Assembly: GCA_031400935.1 (NCBI GenBank) | Contig: JANNQV010000015.1 | Coordinates: 62,001-126,000, forward strand | Direction of reading: 5' to 3' | Source: Armatimonadota bacterium | GTDB lineage: Bacteria; Armatimonadota; Fimbriimonadia; Fimbriimonadales; Fimbriimonadaceae | DNA length: 64,000 bases | Shown here: one piece after another, positions 17,015 through 26,422 of the stretch | How the letters are laid out: every line of letters begins with the position of its first letter | Position numbering within the stretch: the first letter of the stretch is position 1 | Translations under genes and position numbers: made by a program | The notes under the pieces: model-generated | What the model saw: the letters and a program-made list of their open reading frames with translations, nothing else | The model's database searches: none | Told to the model about the DNA's origin: nothing

Positions 17015-19099
17015 TCACCGCAAGAACCCTTCCCGATTTCCGCCATCTACCGGAACTACGCAACCCGTCGTCCTTGTTGAATGCGGCCCTGCCAGCCAGC
17101 AGATTGCATCGGCGCAGTCGTTTGTAGAAACCGTTACCCCGAGCATGGATCGCTTTCGATAATGGTCTTCGAGTTGATCTTCAGGAATGCCAAGGTTCGC
17201 CGCAGTTTGTTTTTTCCATTCGCCTGACCAAATTGCAGAGCCTTGCAGAACGGCGTCGGGATTGATCGCATTGCAACGAACTCCATCCTTCGCGTGATCT
17301 ACTGCAATGGTTCGCATTAGATGAAGTTCAAACGCCTTTGCAGCAGAATAGATCGCCGCGCCTGCGCCCGTAGCTGTTCCGTTCTTGCTTCCCACGATTA
17401 CGATGCTCCCGCCAGTTCCTTGGGCTTGCATGACCCGAATTCCCGCACGAGCGGCAAGGAAATAGCCTTTCATCAGCAGGTTGCTAAGGAAGTCGTAATC
17501 GGCATCTGTAGTATCGGCAACGGACCCTCGCCTTGCATTTCCAGCCGATATCACAAGCAAATCTACTCCCCCGAATGACTGGATTGCAGTTTCAAAAGCT
17601 GCATTAACTTGATCCAAGGACGTTACGTCACACACGGCCGTTGCCACTGATCCCGGAACTCCGCTCGCCTTTTGCACTTCTTCCTTGGCAGAGGTAAGGG
17701 CTACTTCGTTAATATCCAGAAGCACAACACACGCACCCTGCTCAGCCATCTTTTTGGCGGTCGCGAGCCCGATACCTTGCGCTCCACCAGTGATCACTGC
17801 AATTTGGCGTGAAAGGTCTTTCTCAGGCGGCATTCGCTTCAATTTGGCTTCTTCAAGCAACCAGTATTCGATATCGAACGCCTCTTGCTCAGGAAGAGAA
17901 ACATACTTTCCGAGCGTCTCTGCTCCGCGCATGACTTCGATCGCATTTCGATAGAACTGCCCGGTGACTTTGGCTTCTTGAGCGTTCTTGCCGAAGCTAA
18001 CCATGCCAAGTCCCGAAATCAAAACTACGCTTGGGTTCGGGTTCCGCATTGCTGGAGAATCAGGCCGTTTGCAGCGTTCGTAGTAGGCGGCGTAGCTCTT
18101 CTTGAATTTATCAATTTCTGTTTGAATGTCGCTCAGTCCAGAAAGAACCATTGGACAAATCTTCGTTCGCAAAAAGTGATCAGGGCAGCTTGTGCCAAGC
18201 GCTGCGAGTGCTTCCATTTTTTCACTATTTAGAAACTCGAGAAGTTTAGGGTCTTGGTCTACGCAAGCAATTAGGCGTTGGCCTTCGTGGGCAACTGCAC
18301 CTCGAAGGATCGGGAGGAGAGTCTCTAGCGCCCCCACCCCTGCCCCTCCCCCGTGGCTTCGCTCATTGGGGAGGGGTTTCAATGTGCCAAACGCCTTGTC
18401 TGGTCCTCGTGAATCAATGAATTCTTGTGCTTGATTGATCATTGTCAAAGTCAATTCGTAGCACTCTTCCCACGTGTCTGCCCAGCAGATAAATCCGTGT
18501 GACTGCATGAGCGCGCCTTTAAGATTTGGACTTTCTACGATGAGTTTTTCAAGCATCAATCCAAGATCGAAGCCGGGACGCTTCCAAGGAAGAAAGCCCA
18601 TTTCATCTCCCCATATTTCGTTGGTCAGTTCAAATGCCCGGTCGCACGCCGCGACTGCAATGACCGCGTCACTGTGCATGTGCGAAACGGCTCGAAACGG
18701 AACAAGCGCGTGAAGAGGCGTGTCTATGCTCGGCGCGGCTGGGTTCAGGTTGAAAATGCAGTGCTTGTAAAGGTCAACGATCTCGTCTTCATGAGTTCCC
18801 GATTCAGATTTCGCCTTAAGAGAAATGACCTTTGGCAAGTCCAAACTCGCGAAATTCTTCGCTGTTGCCGAACCCAAATCGCCTCCGCTCGCTTTCACCC
18901 AAAGAACAGTTGTCTGCCCTCCAGTGATAGGATCAGCGGCGTCAACTTTTGAGCTAGTATTTCCTCCTCCAAAGTTCGTGATGCGGGGATCGGAGCCTAG
19001 CAAATTTGAAGCGTAAACCAAGAGGTCGGGTTCAGCTAATGAGGATGCGATCGAAGAGTCCCAGCGAGAAATAATGGCGTTTGAAAGTGTGGAATTCAC
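17015..19099 (-). CDS. rhaD: Bifunctional rhamnulose-1-phosphate aldolase / short-chain dehydrogenase
   Basis: NFGGGNTSSK, PSIDTPLH, SCPDHFLRTK, EYWLLEEAKL; C-terminal SDR with TGGAQGIG and YSAAK. Confidence 0.9.
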   Translation of the reverse strand: MNSTLSNAIISRWDSSIASSLAEPDLLVYASNLLGSDPRITNFGGGNTSSKVDAADPITGGQTTVLWVKASGGDLGSATAKNFASLDLPKVISLKAKSESGTHEDEIVDLYKHCIFNLNPAAPSIDTPLHALVPFRAVSHMHSDAVIAVAACDRAFELTNEIWGDEMGFLPWKRPGFDLGLMLEKLIVESPNLKGALMQSHGFICWADTWEECYELTLTMINQAQEFIDSRGPDKAFGTLKPLPNERSHGGGAGVGALETLLPILRGAVAHEGQRLIACVDQDPKLLEFLNSEKMEALAALGTSCPDHFLRTKICPMVLSGLSDIQTEIDKFKKSYAAYYERCKRPDSPAMRNPNPSVVLISGLGMVSFGKNAQEAKVTGQFYRNAIEVMRGAETLGKYVSLPEQEAFDIEYWLLEEAKLKRMPPEKDLSRQIAVITGGAQGIGLATAKKMAEQGACVVLLDINEVALTSAKEEVQKASGVPGSVATAVCDVTSLDQVNAAFETAIQSFGGVDLLVISAGNARRGSVADTTDADYDFLSNLLMKGYFLAARAGIRVMQAQGTGGSIVIVGSKNGTATGAGAAIYSAAKAFELHLMRTIAVDHAKDGVRCNAINPDAVLQGSAIWSGEWKKQTAANLGIPEDQLEDHYRKRSMLGVTVSTNDCADAICWLAGPHSTRTTGCVVPVDGGNREGFLR
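18331..18376. repeat. C-rich REP-like hairpin, in-frame copy within the aldolase gene
   Basis: cccctcccc (18343-18351) / ggggagggg (18368-18376) preceded by cccccacccc; translates as PLPNERSHGGGAGVG. Confidence 0.7.
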
Positions 19100-19159
19100 A
19101 CTCTCATTGTGGCACCCATTGTGTTAAGTAACATGCTCGCTCCGGGTACGGTTACGTCC

Positions 19160-19495
19160 ATGAACCTCATCGAATGGTCGGACTTTGAAAAAGTCGAACT
19201 GCGAGTTGGAACAATCGTTCGCGCCGAACACTTTCCCGAAGCTAGAAAGTCCGCCTTCAAAGTTTGGGTTGATTTTGGTGAATTTGGAATCAGGCAATCT
19301 TCCGCACAAATTACGATTCATTACACTTGCGATTCTTTAGTTGGCTTGCAGGTGGTTGCAGTCTTGAACTTCCCACCTAAGCGAATTGCTGACTTCGAAT
19401 CTCAAGTTTTGGTATGCGGATTCGACGATGGCGAAGGAAACGTTGTGTTGGTTTCCCCAACAAAGAAGGTGACGAATGGAGCGAAGCTGTTCTAA
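19160..19495 (+). CDS. csaA: tRNA-binding domain / export chaperone CsaA
   Basis: DFEKVELRVGTI, FPEARK, SSAQIT, NFPPKRIA; start moved to ATG 19160. Confidence 0.88.
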   Translation: MNLIEWSDFEKVELRVGTIVRAEHFPEARKSAFKVWVDFGEFGIRQSSAQITIHYTCDSLVGLQVVAVLNFPPKRIADFESQVLVCGFDDGEGNVVLVSPTKKVTNGAKLF

Positions 19496-19836
19496 TCCTT
19501 CGGAGTAAAACTACTCCCGCAACCGCAACTTTTCTCTGAATTTGGATTCTGAAATCTCAGGCCTCGCATCAAATTATCAGACTGATCCAGAACCGAGCCT
19601 TCCAAAAATGTCGCAGACTTAGGATCGCAGCGAACTACGACGCCGTCAAGTTCAATAACGAGATCGGTCTCCCGCGGAACGTCTTCAACTTGCGTCACAT
19701 ACTCTAAGCCGGTGCATCCGCCGCCCTTAACACCGACGCGCAAAAACGCATTAGGGCGTCCGTCGCGCTCAATCAATCGCTTGATTCGACCGATAGCAGA
19801 TTCAGTGATCGTAACAGGGAATTTTATCTCATTCAT
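19492..19836 (-). CDS. HesB/IscA/SufA family Fe-S assembly accessory protein
   Basis: GGGCTGLEY and CGCGSSF motifs. Confidence 0.92.
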   Translation of the reverse strand: MNEIKFPVTITESAIGRIKRLIERDGRPNAFLRVGVKGGGCTGLEYVTQVEDVPRETDLVIELDGVVVRCDPKSATFLEGSVLDQSDNLMRGLRFQNPNSEKSCGCGSSFTPKD

Positions 19837-20294
19837 GATTTACCTGGATAGCTGCCAAGTTGTACAAGACTTCCTTTGTGAGAAAGTTCCAATAAGTCAG
19901 CGAGAGTTCGATGAAAAACGATCGAATCTATGGCTTCTTGTACGTCAATCCAAAGTCCGTTCAATCCGCAATCGCCGAGGTGAGAACATTCAGCGGATAG
20001 TCCCGAATGCCGGCTGCAGAATCCTTCGTCGTACACCCGACCTCCAAGCTCTTTGAGAACCTCACCAATGACGATTGCATTGGCAGGTTTGGCAAGCCGA
20101 TAGCCGCCAGTTTGCCCGCGAGAACTTTGAATAAAGCCGGTCTTACGAAGAATCATCAATAATTTGGCAACGTGAGGCTCGCTCAGTTCTTCCAGCCTCG
20201 CAAGCTCGGGAATAGTCACCGTTCTTCCTGGTTCGGCCTTGGCGATCTGCAGTAGCAATCGCAAACCGTATTCTTCTTGTGCGCTAAATTTCAT
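19833..20294 (-). CDS. Rrf2 family regulator (IscR/SufR-like, 3 Cys)
   Basis: EYGLR, SRGQTGGYRLA winged HTH; C-x9-C-x5-C. Confidence 0.9.
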   Translation of the reverse strand: MKFSAQEEYGLRLLLQIAKAEPGRTVTIPELARLEELSEPHVAKLLMILRKTGFIQSSRGQTGGYRLAKPANAIVIGEVLKELGGRVYDEGFCSRHSGLSAECSHLGDCGLNGLWIDVQEAIDSIVFHRTLADLLELSHKGSLVQLGSYPGKS

Positions 20295-20377
20295 GGCAAT
20301 CTCTACTAATTACTACTCTTTCGCTATGGAAAACATGATGTGTGTCATGTATCGGGTCATTTTGCCATTTGAAGCAG

Positions 20378-20743
20378 TCATAAAAGCCCCAACATTAACT
20401 TGACTTCATCCGATACCATATCGAGGCTGAAAGGAGGCTCCCAAGTCAGATTCACTTTCGCAGTTTTGACGCCCTTTGTGTCTCGAACGGAATCCTCCAC
20501 TTTGGCGGGCAACGCCTCTGCTACCGGGCACATGGGGGAAGTGAGGGTCATCGTAACAGTAACGTTCGCGTCATCGTCAATTGCAACTCCATAGATGAGT
20601 CCAAGATCGTAGACGTTGACCGGAATTTCGGGATCGTAGACGTAACGAATAGATTCGATTACTTCGTTTTCGAGCATTGATTTTTCGATGGCATTGAGCT
20701 TTTTCGGCTCATCCGGGATATGCTTTTCAACTGGGTGGGGCAT
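20378..20743 (-). CDS. sufT: DUF59 Fe-S assembly protein
   Basis: VYDPEIPVNVYDLGLIY and MTLTSPMCP motifs; start moved to ATG 20743. Confidence 0.88.
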   Translation of the reverse strand: MPHPVEKHIPDEPKKLNAIEKSMLENEVIESIRYVYDPEIPVNVYDLGLIYGVAIDDDANVTVTMTLTSPMCPVAEALPAKVEDSVRDTKGVKTAKVNLTWEPPFSLDMVSDEVKLMLGLL

Positions 20744-20747
20744 AGGA

Positions 20748-21188
20748 TTATTCGCTTGTAGCGGTCCCTCCACCTTCAAGAGCCTGCTTCAACGCATGCC
20801 AAGCCAAAACTGCACATTTGATTCTTACTGGAAACTCTCGTACTCCTGACAATGCCAAAAGCTCATCGTCTTCAAAATACGCTTCGCCTCCAGTTAGCAT
20901 ATCCTGCATCGAATTAAAGAGTTCACGGGCTTCAGCAACGGTTTTGCCCTTAACGGCTTCGGTCAACAACGAAGCACTTGCCATCGAAATCGCGCATCCG
21001 TGGCCGTCGAACTTGATGTCTTTCACGACGTCGTGGTCTACTTCCAGTTCCACATGAATCGTGTCGCCGCACAGTGGGTTGTATCCATCAGCTGAACCCG
21101 TGGCGTGTTCAAGCCTCCCCTTGTTTCGGGGGCGCTTATTGTGATCGAGGATCACTTCCTGATACAGTTCGCGGAGTTCGGGGTTCAT
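20748..21188 (-). CDS. sufU: SUF system NifU-family protein
   Basis: LYQEVILDH, NPLCGD, GCAIS, RIKCAVLAW. Confidence 0.92.
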   Translation of the reverse strand: MNPELRELYQEVILDHNKRPRNKGRLEHATGSADGYNPLCGDTIHVELEVDHDVVKDIKFDGHGCAISMASASLLTEAVKGKTVAEARELFNSMQDMLTGGEAYFEDDELLALSGVREFPVRIKCAVLAWHALKQALEGGGTATSE

Positions 21189-21189
21189 T

Positions 21190-21316
21190 GGGTTTTGTTC
21201 GGGTTAGTTCGGTGTGCTTCGGGTTCGTGTCTTCCTTTCAATTGAGCCAACGCCCCATAAGTCACATATGTCCTATATGTCCCATTTGTCCTACTACTGC
21301 AACCCATCCAGTCCAA
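21190..21316. repeat. Polarised arrays: 10-mer GTTCGGGTTA left; 9-mer GTCCTATAT right
   Basis: Direct reading. Confidence 0.8.
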
Positions 21317-21321
21317 ACAAC

Positions 21322-21504
21322 TCATACTTTTTTAGGTTTCTCCAAAAGTTCACGCAAATACGTTAGGATCCCATACCAAATTGACAGGCCGAAAAGAAAA
21401 ATTGCAAGTTTCATCACTGGTGATGAACCCACTTTTACCGCAAACCATAAGGAAGAGGCAATCACAATGACCATTACAATCGCAGATATTCTGGGCAGGC
21501 TCAT
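21322..21504 (-). CDS. Small hypothetical 2-TM protein
   Basis: 60 aa, two hydrophobic helices; ATGA overlap with sufS stop. Confidence 0.55.
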   Translation of the reverse strand: MSLPRISAIVMVIVIASSLWFAVKVGSSPVMKLAIFLFGLSIWYGILTYLRELLEKPKKV

Positions 21505-22802
21505 GCGAACATCCCCCTGACTTTGCCCACGGCTTCAACCAATCGGTCAACCTCCGATATTGTGTTGTAAAGTCCAAATGAAGCCCTTGTAGTTGAAACC
21601 AATCCGAAATGCTTCATAAGCGGCTGGCAGCAATGATGTCCCACACGAACAGCGATTCCAAAAGTATCCAACACTTGTCCAACATCGTGCGGATGAACTC
21701 CTTCGACGTCAAAGCAAAGGATTGCCGCCTTTTCTTTGGCTTTGCCAATGATACGTACATGCTCCAAATGCTCAAACTTTTCTTCAGCGTATTTTAGCAA
21801 ACCATGCTCGTGCTCAGCGATTCGATTCATTGCACGAAGCCACTGATTTCGTGCCCAGTTTTCATCGCCGCTTCCAAGGGAGGCAAGGTAATCCAGCGAA
21901 GCCCCGTAGCCAATAAAGCCCACAATATTCGGCGTTCCAGGTTCATATTTTGCGGGAGGTTTGGCATACGTCGAGGAGTCAATTTCAACTTGCTCGATCA
22001 TACTTCCGCCACCTTGGTATGGCGGCATTGCCTCGAGGTGTTTCATCTTGCCATACAAGATTCCTATCCCAGTTGGGGCATACATTTTGTGGCATGAAAG
22101 TGTGTAGAAATCGGCGTCTAACTCTTGCACATCTATCGGCAAATGAGGGCCGGCCTGTGCGCCGTCAACCACGCAAAGTGCGCCAACTCTTCGTGCTTCG
22201 GCGATCATCTCCTTCACAGGATTGATGGTTCCAATTGCGTTGCTTACATGAACAATTGCCAGAATTTTGGTTCTATCAGTAATTAGACTTCGAAACACTT
22301 CTAAATCTGTTTCTCCCTTTGGATTAACAGGGATTCCACGAACGACCGCACCAGTCTTCTTTGCAGCAAGGTGCCAAGGCACCAGATTAGAATGATGCTC
22401 GAGAGTTGAGACGAGGATTTCATCGCCCGGCTCCAGCCTTTCCTCAGCCCAACATTGAGCAATCAAATTCAGGCCTTCGGTACAGCCTTTTGTAAAAATG
22501 ATCTCGTTCTCAGAAGCCGCGTTAAGCACAATTTGAACTTTTTTTCGAACGGCTTCAAACTGAACGGTAGACCTTTGGCTGAGTTTGTGAACTCCGCGAT
22601 GCACATTTGAAAAGTCGTGGCTCAAGAAGCGCGTGGTCTCCTCGATCATCCGCCAAGGCTTTTGTGCGCTTGCGGCGTTGTCGAGGTATGCGAGAGGGTA
22701 ACCGTTGATTTGCTCGCGAAGCACAGGGAACTGTTCTCGAATTGCTTTGAGGTCGAAGGGTTCGGCCAAGTTGGAGTTGATTTCCAGTGGCATGCTTGAC
22801 AT
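21501..22802 (-). CDS. sufS: SufS family cysteine desulfurase
   Basis: YLDNAASAQKP, NVHRGVH, SCHKMYAPTGIG, RVGHHCCQP. Confidence 0.95.
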   Translation of the reverse strand: MSSMPLEINSNLAEPFDLKAIREQFPVLREQINGYPLAYLDNAASAQKPWRMIEETTRFLSHDFSNVHRGVHKLSQRSTVQFEAVRKKVQIVLNAASENEIIFTKGCTEGLNLIAQCWAEERLEPGDEILVSTLEHHSNLVPWHLAAKKTGAVVRGIPVNPKGETDLEVFRSLITDRTKILAIVHVSNAIGTINPVKEMIAEARRVGALCVVDGAQAGPHLPIDVQELDADFYTLSCHKMYAPTGIGILYGKMKHLEAMPPYQGGGSMIEQVEIDSSTYAKPPAKYEPGTPNIVGFIGYGASLDYLASLGSGDENWARNQWLRAMNRIAEHEHGLLKYAEEKFEHLEHVRIIGKAKEKAAILCFDVEGVHPHDVGQVLDTFGIAVRVGHHCCQPLMKHFGLVSTTRASFGLYNTISEVDRLVEAVGKVRGMFA

Positions 22803-22813
22803 TTTCGCTCCAG

Positions 22814-24088
22814 CTACTTTTCCAGTTTCGCAAACAGCAACTTTTCTAAGTACGTTCGCAATTCTTCAATTTCGATCTTTTCTAAAACTTCTGCGGCAAA
22901 AGCATAGACGAGCAAGCCCCTTGCCTCTGTTGCTGGAATTCCTCTTGCTTGCATATAGAAAAGCTGGTCGTCACGCATTTGCCCGATGGTCGCACCGTGT
23001 GTGCACTTCACATCGTCAGCAAAAATCTCAAGCTGAGGTTTTGTGTTGATTGTTGCCTTTGGCGAAAGAAGCAGCGCTTGATTTGTTTGCTTTGCGTCCG
23101 TCTTTTGAGCATCTTCATAGACGAAGATTTTGCCATTGAAAATGCCATGTGCTTCGTCGTCTAAGATTCCCTTGTAGACTTCAAAAGAATGGCAATTCGG
23201 CTTCGCGTGGTCAATTCGGGTCTTGTTGTCATGTAGCTGAGTGCCGTTTGCAACATACGTTCCATCTAGCCGGGTTTCGGTGTGCTCGCCATTAACCCAA
23301 ACGTTGATGTCAACACGTCCAACTGCCGCGCCGAACTGAACATTGAGCGAAGTGTAGTTCGACTCATCTTCTTGATGAACCCAAACCTGCCCGACGTGAA
23401 AAGATTCACGAGATTCGTTTTGGTAACGAATGTGTTGAAGGGAAGCGCTATTGGCTAATGTAACTTCCGAAATCGCGTTTGAAAAGTGAATCGAACCTTC
23501 GCCGATGTACGATTCAACGACGGTCGCTTTGGCGCACTCTCCAAGCTCAATTTGGATTCTTGTGTGAGAATTAGATATTTCCTTAGCCGTCGAAACATAT
23601 ATGAAATGAACGGGTTCTTCAACTTCCGTTCTGGCATCAATCTTCAAAACAGCTACTTCTTGGCAAAGGGCGGTATTTAGGTTTACGAATCGGTCGTCAT
23701 TGGTAGTCCCTAACTTCCCATCGTAAGATGCAATGGAATCGTATTTTGAATCAGCTTCAACGATTGAAAAGTGAACTGATGCAGTACTGGGAACCTCAGA
23801 AAGTTCTTCTGAGAAAAGGCCGTTTACAAATACGCATCGGTAGCCAGTCAGTTTGAATCCTACTAGAGATTCTAGCTTCGACTGAGAAATGTCAGATCGA
23901 ACGGACTCAGCAATTTCTAATTCCTGCAAACCACGAAGCGGAGTAAACCGAAACTCTTCATCCTTTACAGTAGGCCAACCTACGGCTAGGAACGCTTCCA
24001 GAGCGATCTTGCGATGTCCCGTTAGTACTTCCAATCGTGAGCGTAGCCTGGTTTCCCAATTCGATGTTCGTTCTTGAGCTTCCACCAT
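22814..24088 (-). CDS. sufD: Fe-S cluster assembly protein SufD
   Basis: FNGKIFVYEDAQKTDAKQ and PQLEIFADDVKCTHGATIG motifs. Confidence 0.93.
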   Translation of the reverse strand: MVEAQERTSNWETRLRSRLEVLTGHRKIALEAFLAVGWPTVKDEEFRFTPLRGLQELEIAESVRSDISQSKLESLVGFKLTGYRCVFVNGLFSEELSEVPSTASVHFSIVEADSKYDSIASYDGKLGTTNDDRFVNLNTALCQEVAVLKIDARTEVEEPVHFIYVSTAKEISNSHTRIQIELGECAKATVVESYIGEGSIHFSNAISEVTLANSASLQHIRYQNESRESFHVGQVWVHQEDESNYTSLNVQFGAAVGRVDINVWVNGEHTETRLDGTYVANGTQLHDNKTRIDHAKPNCHSFEVYKGILDDEAHGIFNGKIFVYEDAQKTDAKQTNQALLLSPKATINTKPQLEIFADDVKCTHGATIGQMRDDQLFYMQARGIPATEARGLLVYAFAAEVLEKIEIEELRTYLEKLLFAKLEK

Positions 24089-24093
24089 GTTTA

Positions 24094-24852
24094 TTAAGCC
24101 TTTGAGGCAAGCTCCTCTTCGATCCAGCCATAGCCCTTTTCTTCAAGCTCCAGAGCCAGATCTTTTCCACCCGATTTCACAATTCGGCCGTCTACCAATA
24201 CATGCACAAAATCTGGCACGATGTAGTTCAAAAGCCGTTGATAGTGGGTGATTACGAGGAAGCTTCGCTCGGGCGACCGAAGGGCGTTTACCCCATCGGC
24301 AACGACTTTTAAGGCGTCAATGTCAAGGCCAGAATCGGTTTCGTCAAGAACGCAGATTTTCGGTTCGAGAACCGCCATTTGAAAAATCTCGTTTCGTTTC
24401 TTTTCCCCGCCGGAAAAACCTTCATTAACCGAGCGATTGAGCATAGTTGGATCGAGATCAAGTTGGGAAGCCTTCAGCTTGGCAAACTTAAGAAATTCCA
24501 TAGCCCCCATTTCTTCTTCGCCACGATACTTTCTAATGGCGTTTACTGCAGCACGGAGGAAGTAGACATTGGCTACGCCAGGAATCTCAACTGGGTATTG
24601 AAATGCCATGAATAAGCCTTCGCCAGCCCGCTCCTCTGGAGACATTTCCATCACAGATTGTCCTGAAAAAAGAATGTCTCCTGAGGAGACTTCATAGCCT
24701 GGTTTTCCAGAAAGTACGTTGGCAAGCGTGCTCTTTCCAGAGCCGTTTGGCCCCATAACAGCGTGGACTTCGCCAGGACTTACGGTGAGGGAAAGCCCTT
24801 TCAGGATTTCCTTTTCTTCAACCGATGCAAAAAGATTCGAAATTTCAAGCAT
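24094..24852 (-). CDS. sufC: Fe-S cluster assembly ATPase SufC
   Basis: GPNGSGKST, FQYPVEIPGV, FSGGEKKRNE, LDETDSGLDID. Confidence 0.96.
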   Translation of the reverse strand: MLEISNLFASVEEKEILKGLSLTVSPGEVHAVMGPNGSGKSTLANVLSGKPGYEVSSGDILFSGQSVMEMSPEERAGEGLFMAFQYPVEIPGVANVYFLRAAVNAIRKYRGEEEMGAMEFLKFAKLKASQLDLDPTMLNRSVNEGFSGGEKKRNEIFQMAVLEPKICVLDETDSGLDIDALKVVADGVNALRSPERSFLVITHYQRLLNYIVPDFVHVLVDGRIVKSGGKDLALELEEKGYGWIEEELASKA

Positions 24853-24947
24853 GACTCTGTTTAGTATCTCCGATCAAGGGATTTTCCGGCAGGAACCATC
24901 GTGGCCCTCTGACGCAAAACTGCGCAAATTTTCTCCGGTAGTAAATT

Positions 24948-24976
24948 ATGACATGAAACTATACAAAGTTGTATAG
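24948..24976. promoter_or_regulatory. Candidate operator upstream of sufC
   Basis: Perfect 8-bp inverted repeat ctatacaa-ag-ttgtatag (24959-24976); overlapping 18-mer is 12/18 identical to the reverse complement of 20343-20360 upstream of the Rrf2 gene. Confidence 0.35.
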
Positions 24977-24985
24977 ATTGGGATC

Positions 24986-25139
24986 AATGCTAGGAATTGT
25001 TGGGTATTGCTGGGGGTAGTTGGGCTTTGTCCACTTTCCGAATTCTCAGATAGCTGAACTGATCAAGCCAATTCAAGCAATTCGCGGCAGCCCCGCCATT
25101 CCTAGCAACTCCCAGCCATCCCCAACAAATCCTAGCAAC
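24986..25139. repeat. Polarised inverted 10-mer arrays (TGCTAGGAAT / ATTCCTAGCA)
   Basis: Direct reading. Confidence 0.85.
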
Positions 25140-25190
25140 GCCACGCTTTTTAAGCAGGAACCTCTTGTAGAAACATCGAAACCAATTCTC

Positions 25191-26288
25191 ATGTCCATCT
25201 CACGCCGAAAACTGCTTCTTGGCGCCGCGGCCGCGGCAGTCGCTCCGAGTGCAAAAAGCCTCGAATTGCCTCATATTTGGATTCCCGGCCAATCATTCAA
25301 GCCAATAATCGTTGCCTCAAGCAACGGCCAAAACCTGAAAAACGACAAAGGCGAAACTTGTATCGAAACCGCTTTTCGGCAGATGATGGCTGGCACCGAT
25401 GTTCTCGATGCGCTCATTTCCGGAGTCAATATCGTCGAACTTGACCCTAGGGATTCTTCGGTGGGCTATGGCGGCTTGCCAAATGCCGATGGAGTCGTTC
25501 AACTGGATTCTTGCTGCATGCATGGCCCAAATCGCTGGGCGGGAGGAGTTGCAAGCCTTGAAGGAGTTCGAACCCCCAGCAAGATCGCTCAGCTAGTGGC
25601 CTCATCCACCGACCATCACCTATTGGTTGGAAAGGGAGCGCAAGTTTTTGCGAAGGGAATGGGCTTCGCCATAGAAGAAGATTTGAACACTGAAGGCTCC
25701 AGAAAGACGTGGCTGGAATGGAAGCGACGAACCGACCCAAGCCACTATTTGGACCCGACAAAGCGTGACCGCATAGGGATGGAAGCGACCTTAGCGATGG
25801 CGAGAGAAGGCTGGATTGACCCGGAGCACGTTTGGGGAACGATCAATTGCGACGGCATGAATGCCAGAGGCGATGTCTGTGGGGTTACAACAACCAGCGG
25901 GCTTGTGTTCAAAATTCCTGGCAGAGTCGGTGATTCCCCAATTTTGGGAGCCGGGTTGTACGTGGACAACGAAGTCGGCGCGGCAGGCTCGACGGGGCGC
26001 GGCGAAGCCAATTTGTATGGGCTTTGCTCGTTCCTCATAGTGGACGAAATGCGAAGGGGAGCCCACCCCAAAGATGCTGGCTTGGAAGCACTTCGCAGAG
26101 TGACCTCGAATACAAAGGAAAAGAGGCTCTTGGGTGATAACGGCAAGCCAAATTTCGGGCTGAATTTCTATGTTTTCGACAAAAAGGGCCGCCACGCCGG
26201 GGTCTGTCTTTCAGGCGGAGGGAAGTATGCAGTTTGCGATGAAAATGGGCCGAAGTTAGAAGATTTAGTGGCGTTGCACTCAAATTAG
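25191..26288 (+). CDS. N(4)-(beta-N-acetylglucosaminyl)-L-asparaginase family (Ntn hydrolase), Tat-exported
   Basis: SRRKLL twin-arginine signal, SVGYGGLPN, GTINC nucleophile, GRVGDSP; start moved to ATG 25191. Confidence 0.88.
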   Translation: MSISRRKLLLGAAAAAVAPSAKSLELPHIWIPGQSFKPIIVASSNGQNLKNDKGETCIETAFRQMMAGTDVLDALISGVNIVELDPRDSSVGYGGLPNADGVVQLDSCCMHGPNRWAGGVASLEGVRTPSKIAQLVASSTDHHLLVGKGAQVFAKGMGFAIEEDLNTEGSRKTWLEWKRRTDPSHYLDPTKRDRIGMEATLAMAREGWIDPEHVWGTINCDGMNARGDVCGVTTTSGLVFKIPGRVGDSPILGAGLYVDNEVGAAGSTGRGEANLYGLCSFLIVDEMRRGAHPKDAGLEALRRVTSNTKEKRLLGDNGKPNFGLNFYVFDKKGRHAGVCLSGGGKYAVCDENGPKLEDLVALHSN

Positions 26289-26289
26289 T

Positions 26290-26418
26290 TGGGAGAGTCG
26301 GGGAGTCAGAGAGTGGAGAGTGAGGAGAGCTGAGAACGGATTGTCGGATGAATTAAGCCTAGGTTCCGTCCGACCTGTCCTAAAAATCCCACAAATCCGC
26401 TCACCGCCAACTGCTAAA
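26290..26418. repeat. Polarised arrays: GAGAGT-type left; AAATCC and AACTGC types right
   Basis: Direct reading. Confidence 0.7.
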
Positions 26419-26422
26419 GCAC

